This document shows positions 53,143 to 62,975 of a DNA stretch of 64,000 nucleotides, piece after piece. How positions within the stretch are numbered: the stretch's first letter is position 1; each line of letters begins with the position of its first letter. Under the pieces are notes generated by a model. That model had not been told where the DNA came from and made no database searches. It saw only the letters and a list, made by a program, of their open reading frames with translations. The translations under genes were made by a program, and so were the position numbers. Source of the stretch: an uncultured Chloroflexia bacterium (lineage in GTDB: Bacteria > Chloroflexota > Limnocylindria > QHBO01). The DNA lies in assembly GCA_963799675.1 (NCBI GenBank), contig CAWCXQ010000011.1:21043-85042 (forward strand), written 5' to 3'.

Positions 53143-54056
53143 CCCGGCGCCCGATCCTGCTCCTCGTCAATCCCATCGCGGGCGGCAAGCCCGGGTCGGG
53201 CCCACAGCTCTCCGAGGATGCGACCCGCCTCGAACCGGATGCCCTGGCCCAGGCCCTGGTCGATCGCGACCTCAAGGTTGAGCTCCATGTGCTGCGCGAG
53301 ACCGACAATGCCGCCGCGCTGGCGCTCGCCGGTGCGGAAGGCGGGTCCGACGTGGTCGTTGCCGGTGGGGACGGAACGGTCGCGGCGGTCGCCGCGGCGC
53401 TCGTCGAGCGAGAGGCGACGCTCGGCATCCTTCCCCTCGGCAGCTTCAACAACATGGCCACCGGGTACCGCGTCCCACTCACGCTCGACCCCGCGCTGGA
53501 GGTCATCGCCCGTGGTGAAGCGAGCCGGGTCGATGCGGGCTGGGCCTATCACGATGATCCGGCTGAGGGCCGTCTCTTCTTCGAGGCCGGAGGCGTCGGG
53601 CTCGACGCGTTCGGATTCATCGCTGTCGAGGTCGCGGAGCGCAGGGGGTGGTGGCGGGCGGCCCGCCTTCTCTGGCGCGGTCTGCGTCGGCGCAGGACCG
53701 CGATCGAGCTGACTCTCGACGGGGAGAGGCGACGGACTCGGTCTCCCGCGGTGACGATCTGCAACTGCCCGTACCTCGGGCTGGGCTTCGCCCTGGCTCC
53801 GGACTCGGACCCCACGGACGGCATCCTCAACGTCGCCGTCTTCAGCGGCATGGGCCAGCTCCAGGTGGTGCGCTATTTCCTTTCGGTCGCGCGCCATCGC
53901 CCGCGGCCCGAGCCGCGCGTCGAGCTGCGAACGGCAAAGCGGGTGACCGTCAGCGGGGTCCGGCACGCGCTGCCGGCGCATGCGGATGGCGAGGCAATCG
54001 GCGTCACGCCCGTCACCTTCGAAGTGCGACCCGGCGTGCTGCGGCTCTTTCGCTGA
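53139..54056 (+). CDS. Diacylglycerol/lipid kinase family protein (YegS/BmrU-like)
   Basis: 'ILLLVNPIAGGKPG', 'VVVAGGDGTVAAVAAAL', 'LGILPLGSFNNMA'. Confidence 0.85.
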   Translation: MTRRPILLLVNPIAGGKPGSGPQLSEDATRLEPDALAQALVDRDLKVELHVLRETDNAAALALAGAEGGSDVVVAGGDGTVAAVAAALVEREATLGILPLGSFNNMATGYRVPLTLDPALEVIARGEASRVDAGWAYHDDPAEGRLFFEAGGVGLDAFGFIAVEVAERRGWWRAARLLWRGLRRRRTAIELTLDGERRRTRSPAVTICNCPYLGLGFALAPDSDPTDGILNVAVFSGMGQLQVVRYFLSVARHRPRPEPRVELRTAKRVTVSGVRHALPAHADGEAIGVTPVTFEVRPGVLRLFR

Positions 54057-54070
54057 CCTCTTTCGCCGAT

Positions 54071-55066
54071 CTATCCGCCACCCGGGAAGAGGCGATCGTG
54101 CAGGGCGAGCGCGAAGCGATCGGTCATGCCGGCGACGTAGTCGCTGACCTGGACCACCACCGCGGCATCCGCCTCGCGGTAGCTGACCGGGATCTCATCG
54201 GGATGCTCGAGGTGATGATCGGCAAGTCGCCGAATGATGGCCACCGCGCGCTGCTGCTCACGCTGCAGATCGGCCGATTCGTAGACCCGCTCGAACATGA
54301 AGTCGCGCAGCTGGTTCATGACCGCGAGCGTCGAGGTGTCCATCGTGACGCTGCCCACCAGCAGGGAGTTGTCGATGACGGCCTCGATCATCTTGCCGAT
54401 CCAGCTGCGGCCGGGCTCTCCGAAGCGCTCACGCACTTCTGGCGGGAAGGAATCGGCCTCGAGCACGCCGGCGCGCAGCGCATCGAGGGCGTCGTGCGAA
54501 AGGTAGGCGATCCGATCGCCGTAGCGCACGCACAGCGCTTCCTGGGTGGCCGGCGGCGGCGTGATCTTCCACGAGTGGGCCCGAATCCCGTCGAGCACCT
54601 CCCAGGTCAGGTTGAGGTCCTCGAGCACCTCGAGGATGCGGACGCTCTGCGCCGCGTGATGCCAGCCGGAGGGCGGAAAGTACGGTGACAGCGCATCCTC
54701 GCCGGTGTGCCCGAAGGGTGAGTGACCGACGTCGTGGCCCAGCGCGATCGCCTCTGCCAGCGGCTCATTGAGGCTGAGCGCTGCGGCGAGTGCTCGGGAG
54801 ATCTGCGTCACCTGCAGGGTATGGGTCAGCCGCGTGACGAAGTGATCGCCCTCGGGGTTCAGGAAGACCTGCGTCTTGTGCTTGAGCCGGCGGAACGCCT
54901 TCGAGTGGATGATCCGATCGCGGTCGCGCTCGAATGCCGTCCGAAACGTATCCGGAATCTCAGAGCGGCCACGCCCGCGGCTTTTCGCCGACCTGGCCGC
55001 CGCGGGGGCGAGCAGCTCCTCGGCCGCCTCCCGCGCGAGACGATCGCGCCTGATGAGCTCCGGCAT
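54071..55066 (-). CDS. dgt: dGTP triphosphohydrolase-like HD-domain protein
   Basis: 'FERDRDRIIHSKAFRRLKHKTQVF', 'DHFVTRLTHTLQVTQISR', 'ALGHDVGHSPFGHTGE'. Confidence 0.88.
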   Translation of the reverse strand: MPELIRRDRLAREAAEELLAPAAARSAKSRGRGRSEIPDTFRTAFERDRDRIIHSKAFRRLKHKTQVFLNPEGDHFVTRLTHTLQVTQISRALAAALSLNEPLAEAIALGHDVGHSPFGHTGEDALSPYFPPSGWHHAAQSVRILEVLEDLNLTWEVLDGIRAHSWKITPPPATQEALCVRYGDRIAYLSHDALDALRAGVLEADSFPPEVRERFGEPGRSWIGKMIEAVIDNSLLVGSVTMDTSTLAVMNQLRDFMFERVYESADLQREQQRAVAIIRRLADHHLEHPDEIPVSYREADAAVVVQVSDYVAGMTDRFALALHDRLFPGGG

Positions 55067-55111
55067 GGACCGATGATGACCGATGCACCTCGGTGGCGTC
55101 CCGACGGTCAG

Positions 55112-55786
55112 TCAGACCGATCTGTGCAGTCCGCTCGTCTCGGTCGAGTAGCGGTCCAGGATTCCGGCGAGCTCCAGAGGGCGGCTCAGCGCCGGGCAGT
55201 GACCACTGTCGATCTCGGCGGGCTCGATGCCAAGCCGTTCCCGAACCAGGGGTCGCAGCCAACGCGCCGGAAAGAACCTGTCGTTGCGGCAGAGGACGAA
55301 GCGGGTCGCGATGCTGGGCCACTCCGCGAGCGGCCAGGGATCCCGGCCGGGGGTATCCGATTGCTCCCGGCCGCGGCTGAGGGCCTCGGCAGCGAGCTCC
55401 TTCGGAACGTCGTGATAGAAGACCGACTGCGCGCTGGAGTCCTCGAGCTGCTCGGGTTCCCAATGAGTGTTTGCGAACATCTCGTCGGCCGATTCACCGC
55501 GCGATGGGACCATTGCGGCGACGAGAACGATGAGCCGGGCATCGACTCGAGCGGCCACGAGCGGGGCGGTGTAGCCGCCGAACGATTGGGCGACGACGAC
55601 CACGTCACGTCGATCACGGATCGCATCGACCACCGTCGTGGCGTACTCGGCCAGACCGGCATTGTCGTCGTCGATCGGGAGGTCGGGCGCGACGGTGTCG
55701 TGCCCGAGGGTTCGAAGCTCAGCCTCGACGAGATGCCAGTACCAGCCAACATCGCCCGCTCCGTGAATGAACGCGAAGCTCGCCAT
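55112..55786 (-). CDS. Alpha/beta hydrolase
   Basis: 'FAFIHGAGDVGWYW', nucleophile elbow 'VVVAQSFGGY', and 'DSGHCPALSRP'. Confidence 0.75.
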   Translation of the reverse strand: MASFAFIHGAGDVGWYWHLVEAELRTLGHDTVAPDLPIDDDNAGLAEYATTVVDAIRDRRDVVVVAQSFGGYTAPLVAARVDARLIVLVAAMVPSRGESADEMFANTHWEPEQLEDSSAQSVFYHDVPKELAAEALSRGREQSDTPGRDPWPLAEWPSIATRFVLCRNDRFFPARWLRPLVRERLGIEPAEIDSGHCPALSRPLELAGILDRYSTETSGLHRSV

Positions 55787-55789
55787 GTG

Positions 55790-56512
55790 TCACCTCGTCC
55801 CGGTGATGAGCCGCTCGCGGTCGAACATGCGCGAGGTGATCCGCCAGCCGAGCCCGTCGAGTGCGAGCAGAACCGCCGCAAGGCCGATCGCCAGCCCGAG
55901 TTTCGCCTGGATGATGTTGAGCGCGATCAGGACGATCACGACGACAGCCGGGAGGCTCGCCAGGAGGCCCAGCTGCTGTGCGACCCTGGCGTCGCTGGAC
56001 CTGGCCGAGATTGCGATGCCGACCCAGATCGACCAGGTGGCAAGCAGCGGCGTGAAGATCACCTGGGCGAGCAAGTCCGGCCCCTGGATCAATGCCGACG
56101 CCACGCCCGGTTGTGCGAACAACACGACGAGTCCCAGAAAGATCGCGAACACGGCATACGCAATCCCAAGCGACGGCATGAGGGCCGCCAGCGCCTTGCC
56201 CAGCAGGAACTCCTCGGGACGGATGGGCGTGGTCAGCGCCGGTTCGAGGGTGCCCTGCTGGCGTTCACCAACCACTGCGTACGCGGCAACAAAGACCGGA
56301 ACGAGCGCCGGGATGCCCAGCATGTACACCAGGACGTGCTCGTGCCGCAGCGAGCTCGACGCCGACGCGGCCAGGGCAAAGACCGCGACGAGCGGTTGGA
56401 TGCTGTAGACCAGTGGGAGGATTGCCATCCCGGCGACGAGCGAGCGGTTGCGCCGGTACTCCCGCAGCTCCTTTCGGAAAATGGCGCCGACCCGCCGGGT
56501 GCTCAGCCTCAT
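55790..56512 (-). CDS. ABC-2 type exporter permease
   Basis: Intact 240 aa with 6 TM helices. N-terminus 'IFRKELREYRRNRSL'. Overlaps the upstream ATPase gene. Confidence 0.8.
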   Translation of the reverse strand: MRLSTRRVGAIFRKELREYRRNRSLVAGMAILPLVYSIQPLVAVFALAASASSSLRHEHVLVYMLGIPALVPVFVAAYAVVGERQQGTLEPALTTPIRPEEFLLGKALAALMPSLGIAYAVFAIFLGLVVLFAQPGVASALIQGPDLLAQVIFTPLLATWSIWVGIAISARSSDARVAQQLGLLASLPAVVVIVLIALNIIQAKLGLAIGLAAVLLALDGLGWRITSRMFDRERLITGTR

Positions 56513-57471
56513 CGCCGGCCCTCGGTCTCCTCGTCGATCAGCTCCAGATAAACCTCTTCGAGCGTGTGATGCACCTCGCCGATTGAGAGGACGTCGGCGC
56601 TCGCCGCCACCAGAGCTCGGGTCAACGCTGGTGCCGCGATGGCCGCGTCGGACACGGCAACGACATAGGAGGCTGAGCCATCCTGGCGCCAGCCGGTGAC
56701 GGCGGGCAGAGCGGCGAAGACATCTTCGGGCTCCGGGAGGGCAGCGACCGTCCTGACCGTGAGCGCGCTGCTGAACAGCTGCGCGCGCAGCTCCTTGGGC
56801 GGGCCGATCGTGCGAAGCGTCGTGTTCAGGATCGCTACGCGGTCGCAGAGGCGTTCCGCCTCCTCGAGGCGATGGGTGGTGAGGAAGATCGTGACGCCAC
56901 CTCGGCGCAGGCCCTCGATCAGCTCGTGGACGTCGCGCGCGGCGACCGGATCGAGGCCGGCAGTCGGCTCGTCGAGAAACAGGACTTCCGGATCGCTGAG
57001 CAGAGCCCGGGCCAGGGCGACCCGCTGGCGCAAGCCCTTGGACAGGCTGCCGCAGGCGTCATCGGCCCGGTCGACCAGGTCGACGGCGCCAAGAGCGCGC
57101 TGCATGCGCTCGCTCGAGCCGGGCACCTCGTAGAGGTCGGCGAAGCATTCGAGGTTCTCCATCACGCTCAAGCGCAGGTAGAGGCCCGGTGACTCGGGCA
57201 TGATCGCGATTCGACGACGGATCTCCCCGCCGTTCTCGGGCGTGAGCGGGACTCCCGCGATGGTGGCGGCGCCGCCAGTCGGAGCCAGCAGGGTGCCGAG
57301 CGTCCGGACGATCGTCGTCTTCCCGGCTCCATTGGGTCCGAGGAACCCGAGCACCTCACCGCGTCCCACCTCGAACGAGACATCCTCGAACGCGACGCGG
57401 TCGCCGAATCGCTTCGACAGGTGTTCGACCGAGAGCGCCGGAGCGCTGGTGTCAGTGACAGCCGGAGACAC
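56509..57471 (-). CDS. ABC transporter ATP-binding protein (ABC-2/NatA-like exporter)
   Basis: 'GFLGPNGAGKTTIVRTL', 'LSKGLRQRVALARALLSDPEVLFLDEPTAGLDP'. Confidence 0.9.
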   Translation of the reverse strand: MSPAVTDTSAPALSVEHLSKRFGDRVAFEDVSFEVGRGEVLGFLGPNGAGKTTIVRTLGTLLAPTGGAATIAGVPLTPENGGEIRRRIAIMPESPGLYLRLSVMENLECFADLYEVPGSSERMQRALGAVDLVDRADDACGSLSKGLRQRVALARALLSDPEVLFLDEPTAGLDPVAARDVHELIEGLRRGGVTIFLTTHRLEEAERLCDRVAILNTTLRTIGPPKELRAQLFSSALTVRTVAALPEPEDVFAALPAVTGWRQDGSASYVVAVSDAAIAAPALTRALVAASADVLSIGEVHHTLEEVYLELIDEETEGRR

Positions 57472-57501
57472 CGGAGACCGGATGCTGGTACGGGGGGCAG
57501 G

Positions 57502-58320
57502 TCACGGCAAACTGGCTCGGGCCGTGGCCTTCGCGTCCGCCCGCAGGGCATAGACCTCGAGGCCCGCTTCGCGGCCTCGTACATCCACGGTTCGGCGCTC
57601 CAGGTCCGTCGGATCGAGACCGGCGCGCTCGCTCGTCGCGACGGAGACGAGGAGCTCACCGGCGTCGGCAAGCGAAGCCAATCGGGCAGTCATGTTCACC
57701 GAATCCCCGAGAGCGGTGAAATCCGAAATCTGCTCGCTCGACCCGAGGCTGCCGACGTAGGCGATCCCCGTGTGGACGCCGCCACCGACGGGGATCGGTC
57801 CGCTGGGTGATGCGTCCGTGCGGCCCGCTGCCGCAAGGAGCGCGCGGCCCGCGGCGATCGCCTTGCGAGGATGATCGGCTCCCGAGAATCCCGTGATGAA
57901 CAACCCGATCGCCTCGTCGCCGACGAACTTGTCCACCACGCCATCGTTCGCCACGATCGCCGCCGCCGCTAACCCATAGAACGCGGAAAGGATCGCCGAG
58001 AACTCGGCGGGCCGGAGCTTCTCGCCGAGGCCGGTCGAGCCACGGATGTCGGCGAACAACAGCGAAAGCTCGACCTCGGCTCCGGCAACTCCCTGCTTGG
58101 TAAGGGACCGCATGCAGTTCTTGCACAGCTGCGCGTTGCGCTCCCACGGTCCGAACCATGGCCCGAGCATGAGGCCGCCGATCCCACCGAATGGCGCGTG
58201 GCACATCTTGCAATGCGGCGCCGAGGGCGTGTGAGCGAACATGCGGCGCAGCGCGAGCATGCCCTTGTGCTCGCCCGTCAGAAGCGCTCGCCACTCCTCT
58301 TCGGCATTCGGGTTGGCCAC
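57502..58320 (-). CDS. Class III adenylate/guanylate cyclase with an N-terminal Cys4 zinc-ribbon-like segment
   Basis: 'PHCKMCHAPFGG...AQLCKNCMRS', then 'LSLLFADIRGSTGLGE', 'FVGDEAIGLF', 'GVHTGIAYVG', 'FTALGDSVNMTARL'. Start at GTG 58320 is tentative; the track ORF runs on to 59043 by read-through. Confidence 0.8.
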   Translation of the reverse strand: MANPNAEEEWRALLTGEHKGMLALRRMFAHTPSAPHCKMCHAPFGGIGGLMLGPWFGPWERNAQLCKNCMRSLTKQGVAGAEVELSLLFADIRGSTGLGEKLRPAEFSAILSAFYGLAAAAIVANDGVVDKFVGDEAIGLFITGFSGADHPRKAIAAGRALLAAAGRTDASPSGPIPVGGGVHTGIAYVGSLGSSEQISDFTALGDSVNMTARLASLADAGELLVSVATSERAGLDPTDLERRTVDVRGREAGLEVYALRADAKATARASLP

Positions 58321-58360
58321 GCCCAGAGTGTAGATTGGGATCGGGGCCGGCGGGCGTAGC

Positions 58361-59043
58361 TCAAGATCCGCTCTCGCCAGAGAGATCCTTGTCCTCCATC
58401 TCCCACGCATGGTCGAGCATGTGGTCGGCCGAGTGCCGGATGAGATACGGCAGCGTCCACGACCGCATGCGCCTCTCGACCTCCCCAGCGTTGTAGGCCC
58501 GCATCGCCGCGACGTAGCCCTCCCGATGCTGCCGCAGTCCATCCGGGGAAAGCGCCGCCTCCTCGGGGATCCGCAACCCAACCTGCTTTGCGAACTCCTC
58601 GCTTTCGGTGCGAATCGTGTGGCGGATGATCCGGTTGCGGTCGCGTCCTCCCCCGCGCGGCCCTTTGCGCATCTCCGGCGAAACCCGCGCCGCGACGTCA
58701 TCGAAGAACGCCCAGCAGGCCCGCAACAGGGTGATCCCGCGCGCGAGCTCCGCCTCGCCCATCGGCCCCTGCTCGGTCGCAGAGGGCGCGAAGGACATCC
58801 CATAGAAGTCGACCGAACCCGTACCCACCTTGTCCTCCACGATCTCGAGGGCGCCGGCGGCATCGAATTCGCGCGCCATCCCGGCAAGGGTTGCGACGGC
58901 CGGTAGCGCTGCCGGTAGGCCTCCAGCGTCTCAAGGGCGAGCTCAGCGGTCTTCGCGCCCCGACTCCATCCTTGCCAGTCGATGCTGAAGGCCACCGACC
59001 GCTTGTCCTTCGGGCCGCGTTCGACAACGGTGCGGACGGGCAT
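58361..59043 (-). pseudogene. Hypothetical protein, possibly DinB-superfamily-like C-terminus (one frame break ~58890 as assembled)
   Basis: 'MPVRTVVERGPKDKRSVAFSIDWQGWSRGAKTAELALETLEAYRQRY' (ORF 57502..59043 frame) continues in ORF 58361..58879 ('...RIIRHTIRTESEEF...WTLPYLIRHSADHMLDHAWEMEDKDL'). Confidence 0.45.
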
Positions 59044-59130
59044 GCCTCCATCATTGCAGGGGGCGCGCCAGCGTCAACAAGGCGTCACGCGAAGGACTGC
59101 CTTCGTCGTCAAATCTTGGAGGACTGAGCC

Positions 59131-59481
59131 ATGAGTGAGCTTCTTGGTATCGCACGATTCAAGTTTCACGAGGGCAAGCGCGAGGAGTACCTGCGCTTGT
59201 CCGATCAGGCCAGGGACATCGTGCGGGCGAAGGACTCCGGCACGCTGGCATACGACCTGTACCTCAACGGCGACCAGTCGGAATGCATGTTCATTGAGCG
59301 GTACCGGGACTCCGAGGCGGCAATCGAGCACGCCGCGAATCTCGGTCACTTGTTCGCAGCAGTCCTTGAAACGGTCTCCGTGCTTCACGGCGAACTGCTC
59401 GGTGAGCCGAGCGCAGAGCTGAGAGCGAAGCTGGCTGGCAGCGACGTGCCGGTTCTCTTCACTCCCTACCGGTCCAGGTAG
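59131..59481 (+). CDS. Antibiotic-biosynthesis-monooxygenase (ABM) domain protein
   Basis: 116 aa: 'LGIARFKFHEGKREEYLRL...GTLAYDLYLNGDQSECMFIERYRDSEAAIEH'. Confidence 0.65.
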   Translation: MSELLGIARFKFHEGKREEYLRLSDQARDIVRAKDSGTLAYDLYLNGDQSECMFIERYRDSEAAIEHAANLGHLFAAVLETVSVLHGELLGEPSAELRAKLAGSDVPVLFTPYRSR

Positions 59482-59508
59482 ACATCGCTCGCCCGGCTTG
59501 GATGCTGT

Positions 59509-59584
59509 TGGCGCGCCCGACAGGATTCGAACCTGCGACCTTCGGCTCCGGAGGCCGACGCTCTATCCACTGAGCTACAGGCGC
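59509..59584 (-). tRNA. tRNA-Arg (anticodon CCG), CCA encoded
   Basis: Reverse complement: GCGCCTG-TA-GCTC-AGTGGATA-GAGC-G-TCGGC-CTCCGGA-GCCGA-AGGTC-GCAGG-TTCGAAT-CCTGT-CGGGCGC-G-CCA. Cloverleaf folds with a 7-bp acceptor stem, and the anticodon loop is CT-CCG-GA. Confidence 0.95.
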
Positions 59585-59751
59585 AGGCCCGAATCATACC
59601 GGCTCACGCTCGGATAGAGGTTCGGCTCTTTGTTTCACGCTCTATCTCGCGACGCTTCCTCGCTCGGAGACTCACGCCTGATCGCCGAAGATACCTTGCG
59701 GAGGTCACCCTCGAACGATCTGAGGGGTCTGGGCATTGTGTCCTGGCTGAA

Positions 59752-60906
59752 TCAGCGGTCTCGCTGTGCCACCAGGTCGGGATCGGCATCCGCGTGCCGC
59801 AGGCCAGACACCGCGTAGGCGGGGATCGGTCTGTTGAATCCCTTGAGGGTCAATGGACCGACCGGCTCGGCGTCGACCAGCTCCTCGACCGCCGCGTAGG
59901 CCGCGGGGGCCAGCAGGAGCTGTCCGCCCGCTGCCTCACTGCACAGTCGCGCCGCCAGGTTGACGACGCTCCCTACCGCGCCGTAGTCGAATCGTCCCCT
60001 CGAATCCGATGCGGCCGAGGGTTGCGTAGCCGACCGCAATACCGATCCCGAGCGCCAGATCGTGGCCGCGCTTCCGCCAGCCCGCGCTGAGCTCCCCGAT
60101 TCGCTCCTGCATCTCGAGCCCCATCCGCACTGCCCGGAGCGTCGGGTCAGGGCAGGGGAACGGATCGTTGAAGAAGATCATCAGCGCGTCGCCCGCGAAG
60201 CGTTCCAGCGTCCCTTCGAACTGGAACACCAGCTGGCCGAGCTCGCGATGGAACTCGCCGAGGACCGCCATCACCTCTTCGGGCTCGGCGGTTTCGGAGA
60301 ACGCCGTAAAGCCCCGGAGATCGCAGAAGACGACCGTGATCTCGCGTCGATGGCTAGCCAGCATCGACTCATCGTCGCGGTTGACGACCATCTCCGCCAG
60401 CTGCGGCGAAAGGAAACGGCGCAACCGGCTCAGTCGATCCAGCTCCTCCACCTGGGCATTGACGCGCCCCTCCAGCGACCGATTCCACTCGGCGAGCTCG
60501 GCCGCCTGCGCCTGGATGGTGTCGTGATACTCCTTGATGCGCAGCAGCGATCTGACACGCGCCAGGAGCTCCGCCTGGTTGACCGGGCGCGCGATGAAAT
60601 CATCCGCTCCGGCCTCGATGGCGCTGACCTTGTCCTGCTCGCCGCTCGAGGTGAGCATGATGATGGGAAGCAGCTGGGTCGCTGGGTCGGCTCGCAGCGA
60701 GCGACAGACCTCGTAGCCAGTCATCTCGGGCATGACGATGTCCAGCAGGACCAGGTCTGGCTGCTCGGCGGCGATGCAGCTCCAGTGCCTCGCGGCCCGA
60801 GCGAGGCGCCCGAAACGGCATAGCCGCGCGGCGACAGGACCGCGTCCATCAGCTTGCGGTTCTGGTCGGTGTCGTCGACCACCAGGATGCGGGGCGGGAC
60901 GGCCAC
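59752..60906 (-). pseudogene. Response regulator receiver - coiled coil - class III adenylate/guanylate cyclase (3 frame breaks as assembled)
   Basis: REC: 'RILVVDDTDQNRKLMDAVL' (ORF 60721..60906), 'SGREALEL' (ORF 60600..60821), 'PDLVLLDIVMPEMTGYEV...IIMLTS...AGADDFIARP' (ORF 59936..61396). Cyclase: 'ITVVFCDLRGFTAFSE', 'FAGDALMIFFN', 'GIAVGYATLGRIG', 'FDYGAVGSVVNLAARL' (ORF 59752..60039). Confidence 0.85.
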
Positions 60907-61302
60907 CTACGCTCCGTCCGCCGTTGCGCAATACGCCAGGACCTGGTCCGGGAAGGTCAGCACGTCGATCGGCTTGGCGATGAGCCCTGCGAAACCCGCT
61001 ACTCCAAACCGGGCCCGGTCGGCCTCCATCACCGAGGCGGTCAGCGCGACGATCGGGATGGGCGCGGTCGAGGGCTCGGCTTTCAGCCGCTGGGCCGCCT
61101 CGACGCCGTCGATCCCCGGCAGCGCGATGTCCATCAGGATCAGGTCGGGCAGATGTGTGCCGGCCAGGGTGACGCCATCCTCGCCGGTGGTGGCTTCCAC
61201 GGTCCGGAACCCGCGAAACTGCAGGACATCGCGGGTCAGCTTCATGTTCTTGTCGTTGTCTTCGACGATGAGGATCAACCGGCCGCCGCCCACGTCGCTC
61301 AT
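60907..61302 (-). CDS. Single-domain response regulator (REC only)
   Basis: 'LILIVEDNDKNMKLTRDVL', 'PDLILMDIALPGIDGVEA', 'PIVALTASVM', 'GFAGLIAKPI'. ATG overlaps the kinase stop (ATGA). Confidence 0.9.
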   Translation of the reverse strand: MSDVGGGRLILIVEDNDKNMKLTRDVLQFRGFRTVEATTGEDGVTLAGTHLPDLILMDIALPGIDGVEAAQRLKAEPSTAPIPIVALTASVMEADRARFGVAGFAGLIAKPIDVLTFPDQVLAYCATADGA

Positions 61303-62918
61303 GACAGCACCGGCTCGTCGGAGGTCCGGGCCGCCACATCGGGCTGCGGTGGCTGCAGGCGGAGCGGCAGAACCACCGTGAAGGTGCTGCCGGCACCCGG
61401 CGCGCTTTCGACGTGCAGCTCGCCGTGATGGAGCTCGACCAACCGTTTCGTCAGCGCCAGGCCGAGACCGGTGCCCTCCTGCGTCTTGGCCCGCCCGACC
61501 TGGTAGAACTCATCGAAGATCCGCGTCTGGTCGTCGGCACCGATCCCGATGCCGGTATCGGTCACGGCGATCTCCACCGCGTCGGCGGTGCAGCGGGCCG
61601 CCAGGGTGATCCGGCCGCCCTGCGGCGTGAACTTCACCGCGTTCGAGAGCAGGTTGAAGACGACCTGCTTGATCTTGCGTTCGTCGGCCTCCACGACCCC
61701 GACCGCCGGGTCGATGTCGGTGATCAGATCGACCCCCTGCCGCGTGGCGCGCTCTCGCACCATGACCATGGAGCCTTCCAGCAGGTCGGCCAGCGGGAAG
61801 ACGCTCGGCTGCAGCTCCATGCGGCCCGCCTCCACCTTGGACAGATCGAGGATGTCGTTGATGAGGTTCAGCAGGTGCTGACCGGAGCTCAGGATGTCGT
61901 CGAGGTACTCGGCCTGCTTCTCATTGAGCTCGCCGAACATCTGCTCGCGCAGGACCTGCGAGAAGCCGATGATCGCGTTCAGCGGCGTCCGCAGCTCGTG
62001 CGACATGTTGGCCAGGAACTCAGACTTGTGGCGGCTGGCCGCCTCGAGCTCCTTGTAGAGCCGTCCCAGCTCGTCGTTCATGGCGTTGATATTCGAAGCG
62101 AGGGATCCGAGCTCATCGCGGTTGGGGACCTCGACGCGGCCCGAGAAGTCCCCCGAAGCGATCCCCGCGAGCCGCGTCTCCATGCGCCGGATCGGTCCGA
62201 CCAGCGACCAGGACAGGATGTAGCCGAGCAGCAGGGCCAGCACGACGCTCGCGGCGGCCACGGCAATGAACAGCCTCTGCGAATCGTCGAACGCGCTCCG
62301 ATTCTCCGCGATGAGATCGTTCGTCTGCGCGAGGGTCGAGCTGGCCAGGCCTGTGGTGAGACCGTCGAGGTGGAAGACCAGCGGCTCAGCGCTGTCGCCG
62401 GCGAGCTGGAATGCCTTGCTTGCCTGGCCAGCGCTGTCGAGTGCCGCGATCTCCCTCATCACGTCGGAGAGCTGGGTGTAGTCCTGCCGGATCTGCTCGA
62501 GCGCGGCATGTTCGTCGGCGGACGGGACAAACCCGAATTGCGCCTCATTGGTGGCTGGGCCGATGCGCGCAAGCGTGGTCGTGATCGTTCCGTCGATGGC
62601 GCTCAGGACCTCCTTTGGCGCCGCCGAGGGCGGGCCGGAGAACCAGGCGCTCAGGTCGGGGCCCCCCGCGCGCAGGGCCAGCAGGCCCCGAAGCTGCGCC
62701 GAATCGGTCTGCAGCTCCCGGAACGCGGTTGTTCGCAGCTGGAGCGTTCCGAGCCTGTCGACCCGATCGTTCGATTCGCCCAGGACTCGCAGTCCGAGGA
62801 CCATCACGATGACCAGGAGGACGACGGTCCCAACGAAGGCGACAAGCAGCTTGGTGTGAACTCTCGCGGGCAGGCGCCCCACGGCTCCCACCAGCGGATC
62901 GGTCGCCCTCGTCAGCAT
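61299..62918 (-). CDS. Sensor histidine kinase (2 TM + periplasmic domain, HAMP, HisKA, HATPase_c)
   Basis: Intact 539 aa. HAMP 'GPIRRMETRLAGIASGDFSGRVEVPNRDELGSLASNINAMN'. H-box 'FLANMSHELRTPLNAIIGF'. 'VVFNLLSNAVKFT', 'DTGIGI', 'GTGLGLALTKRLVELHHG'. Confidence 0.93.
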   Translation of the reverse strand: MLTRATDPLVGAVGRLPARVHTKLLVAFVGTVVLLVIVMVLGLRVLGESNDRVDRLGTLQLRTTAFRELQTDSAQLRGLLALRAGGPDLSAWFSGPPSAAPKEVLSAIDGTITTTLARIGPATNEAQFGFVPSADEHAALEQIRQDYTQLSDVMREIAALDSAGQASKAFQLAGDSAEPLVFHLDGLTTGLASSTLAQTNDLIAENRSAFDDSQRLFIAVAAASVVLALLLGYILSWSLVGPIRRMETRLAGIASGDFSGRVEVPNRDELGSLASNINAMNDELGRLYKELEAASRHKSEFLANMSHELRTPLNAIIGFSQVLREQMFGELNEKQAEYLDDILSSGQHLLNLINDILDLSKVEAGRMELQPSVFPLADLLEGSMVMVRERATRQGVDLITDIDPAVGVVEADERKIKQVVFNLLSNAVKFTPQGGRITLAARCTADAVEIAVTDTGIGIGADDQTRIFDEFYQVGRAKTQEGTGLGLALTKRLVELHHGELHVESAPGAGSTFTVVLPLRLQPPQPDVAARTSDEPVLS

Positions 62919-62975
62919 CCGACGCTTCTCAACGGCCCGCCCAGTTGCACCCGGCCCTGCCCCCGACGGCCGAGC

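Noticed and set aside
54722-56551. 609-aa plus-strand ORF. The same applies to 61413..62996 (527 aa), 32161..33963 (600 aa), 28226..29824 (532 aa), 42449..43744 (431 aa) and 44176..45417 (413 aa).
   Set aside because: All are antisense to genes with strong family signatures (dgt/hydrolase/ABC-2, histidine kinase, clpB/cbpA, cyclase, livF, livG/M). All have Arg/Asp/Gly-rich compositions, so they are shadow ORFs.
59509-59751. tRNA-Arg(CCG) as a possible genomic-island integration site
   Set aside because: No integrase, no recognisable direct repeat of the tRNA 3' end, and no compositional shift in the flanking genes. Both sides hold ordinary metabolic and signalling genes.
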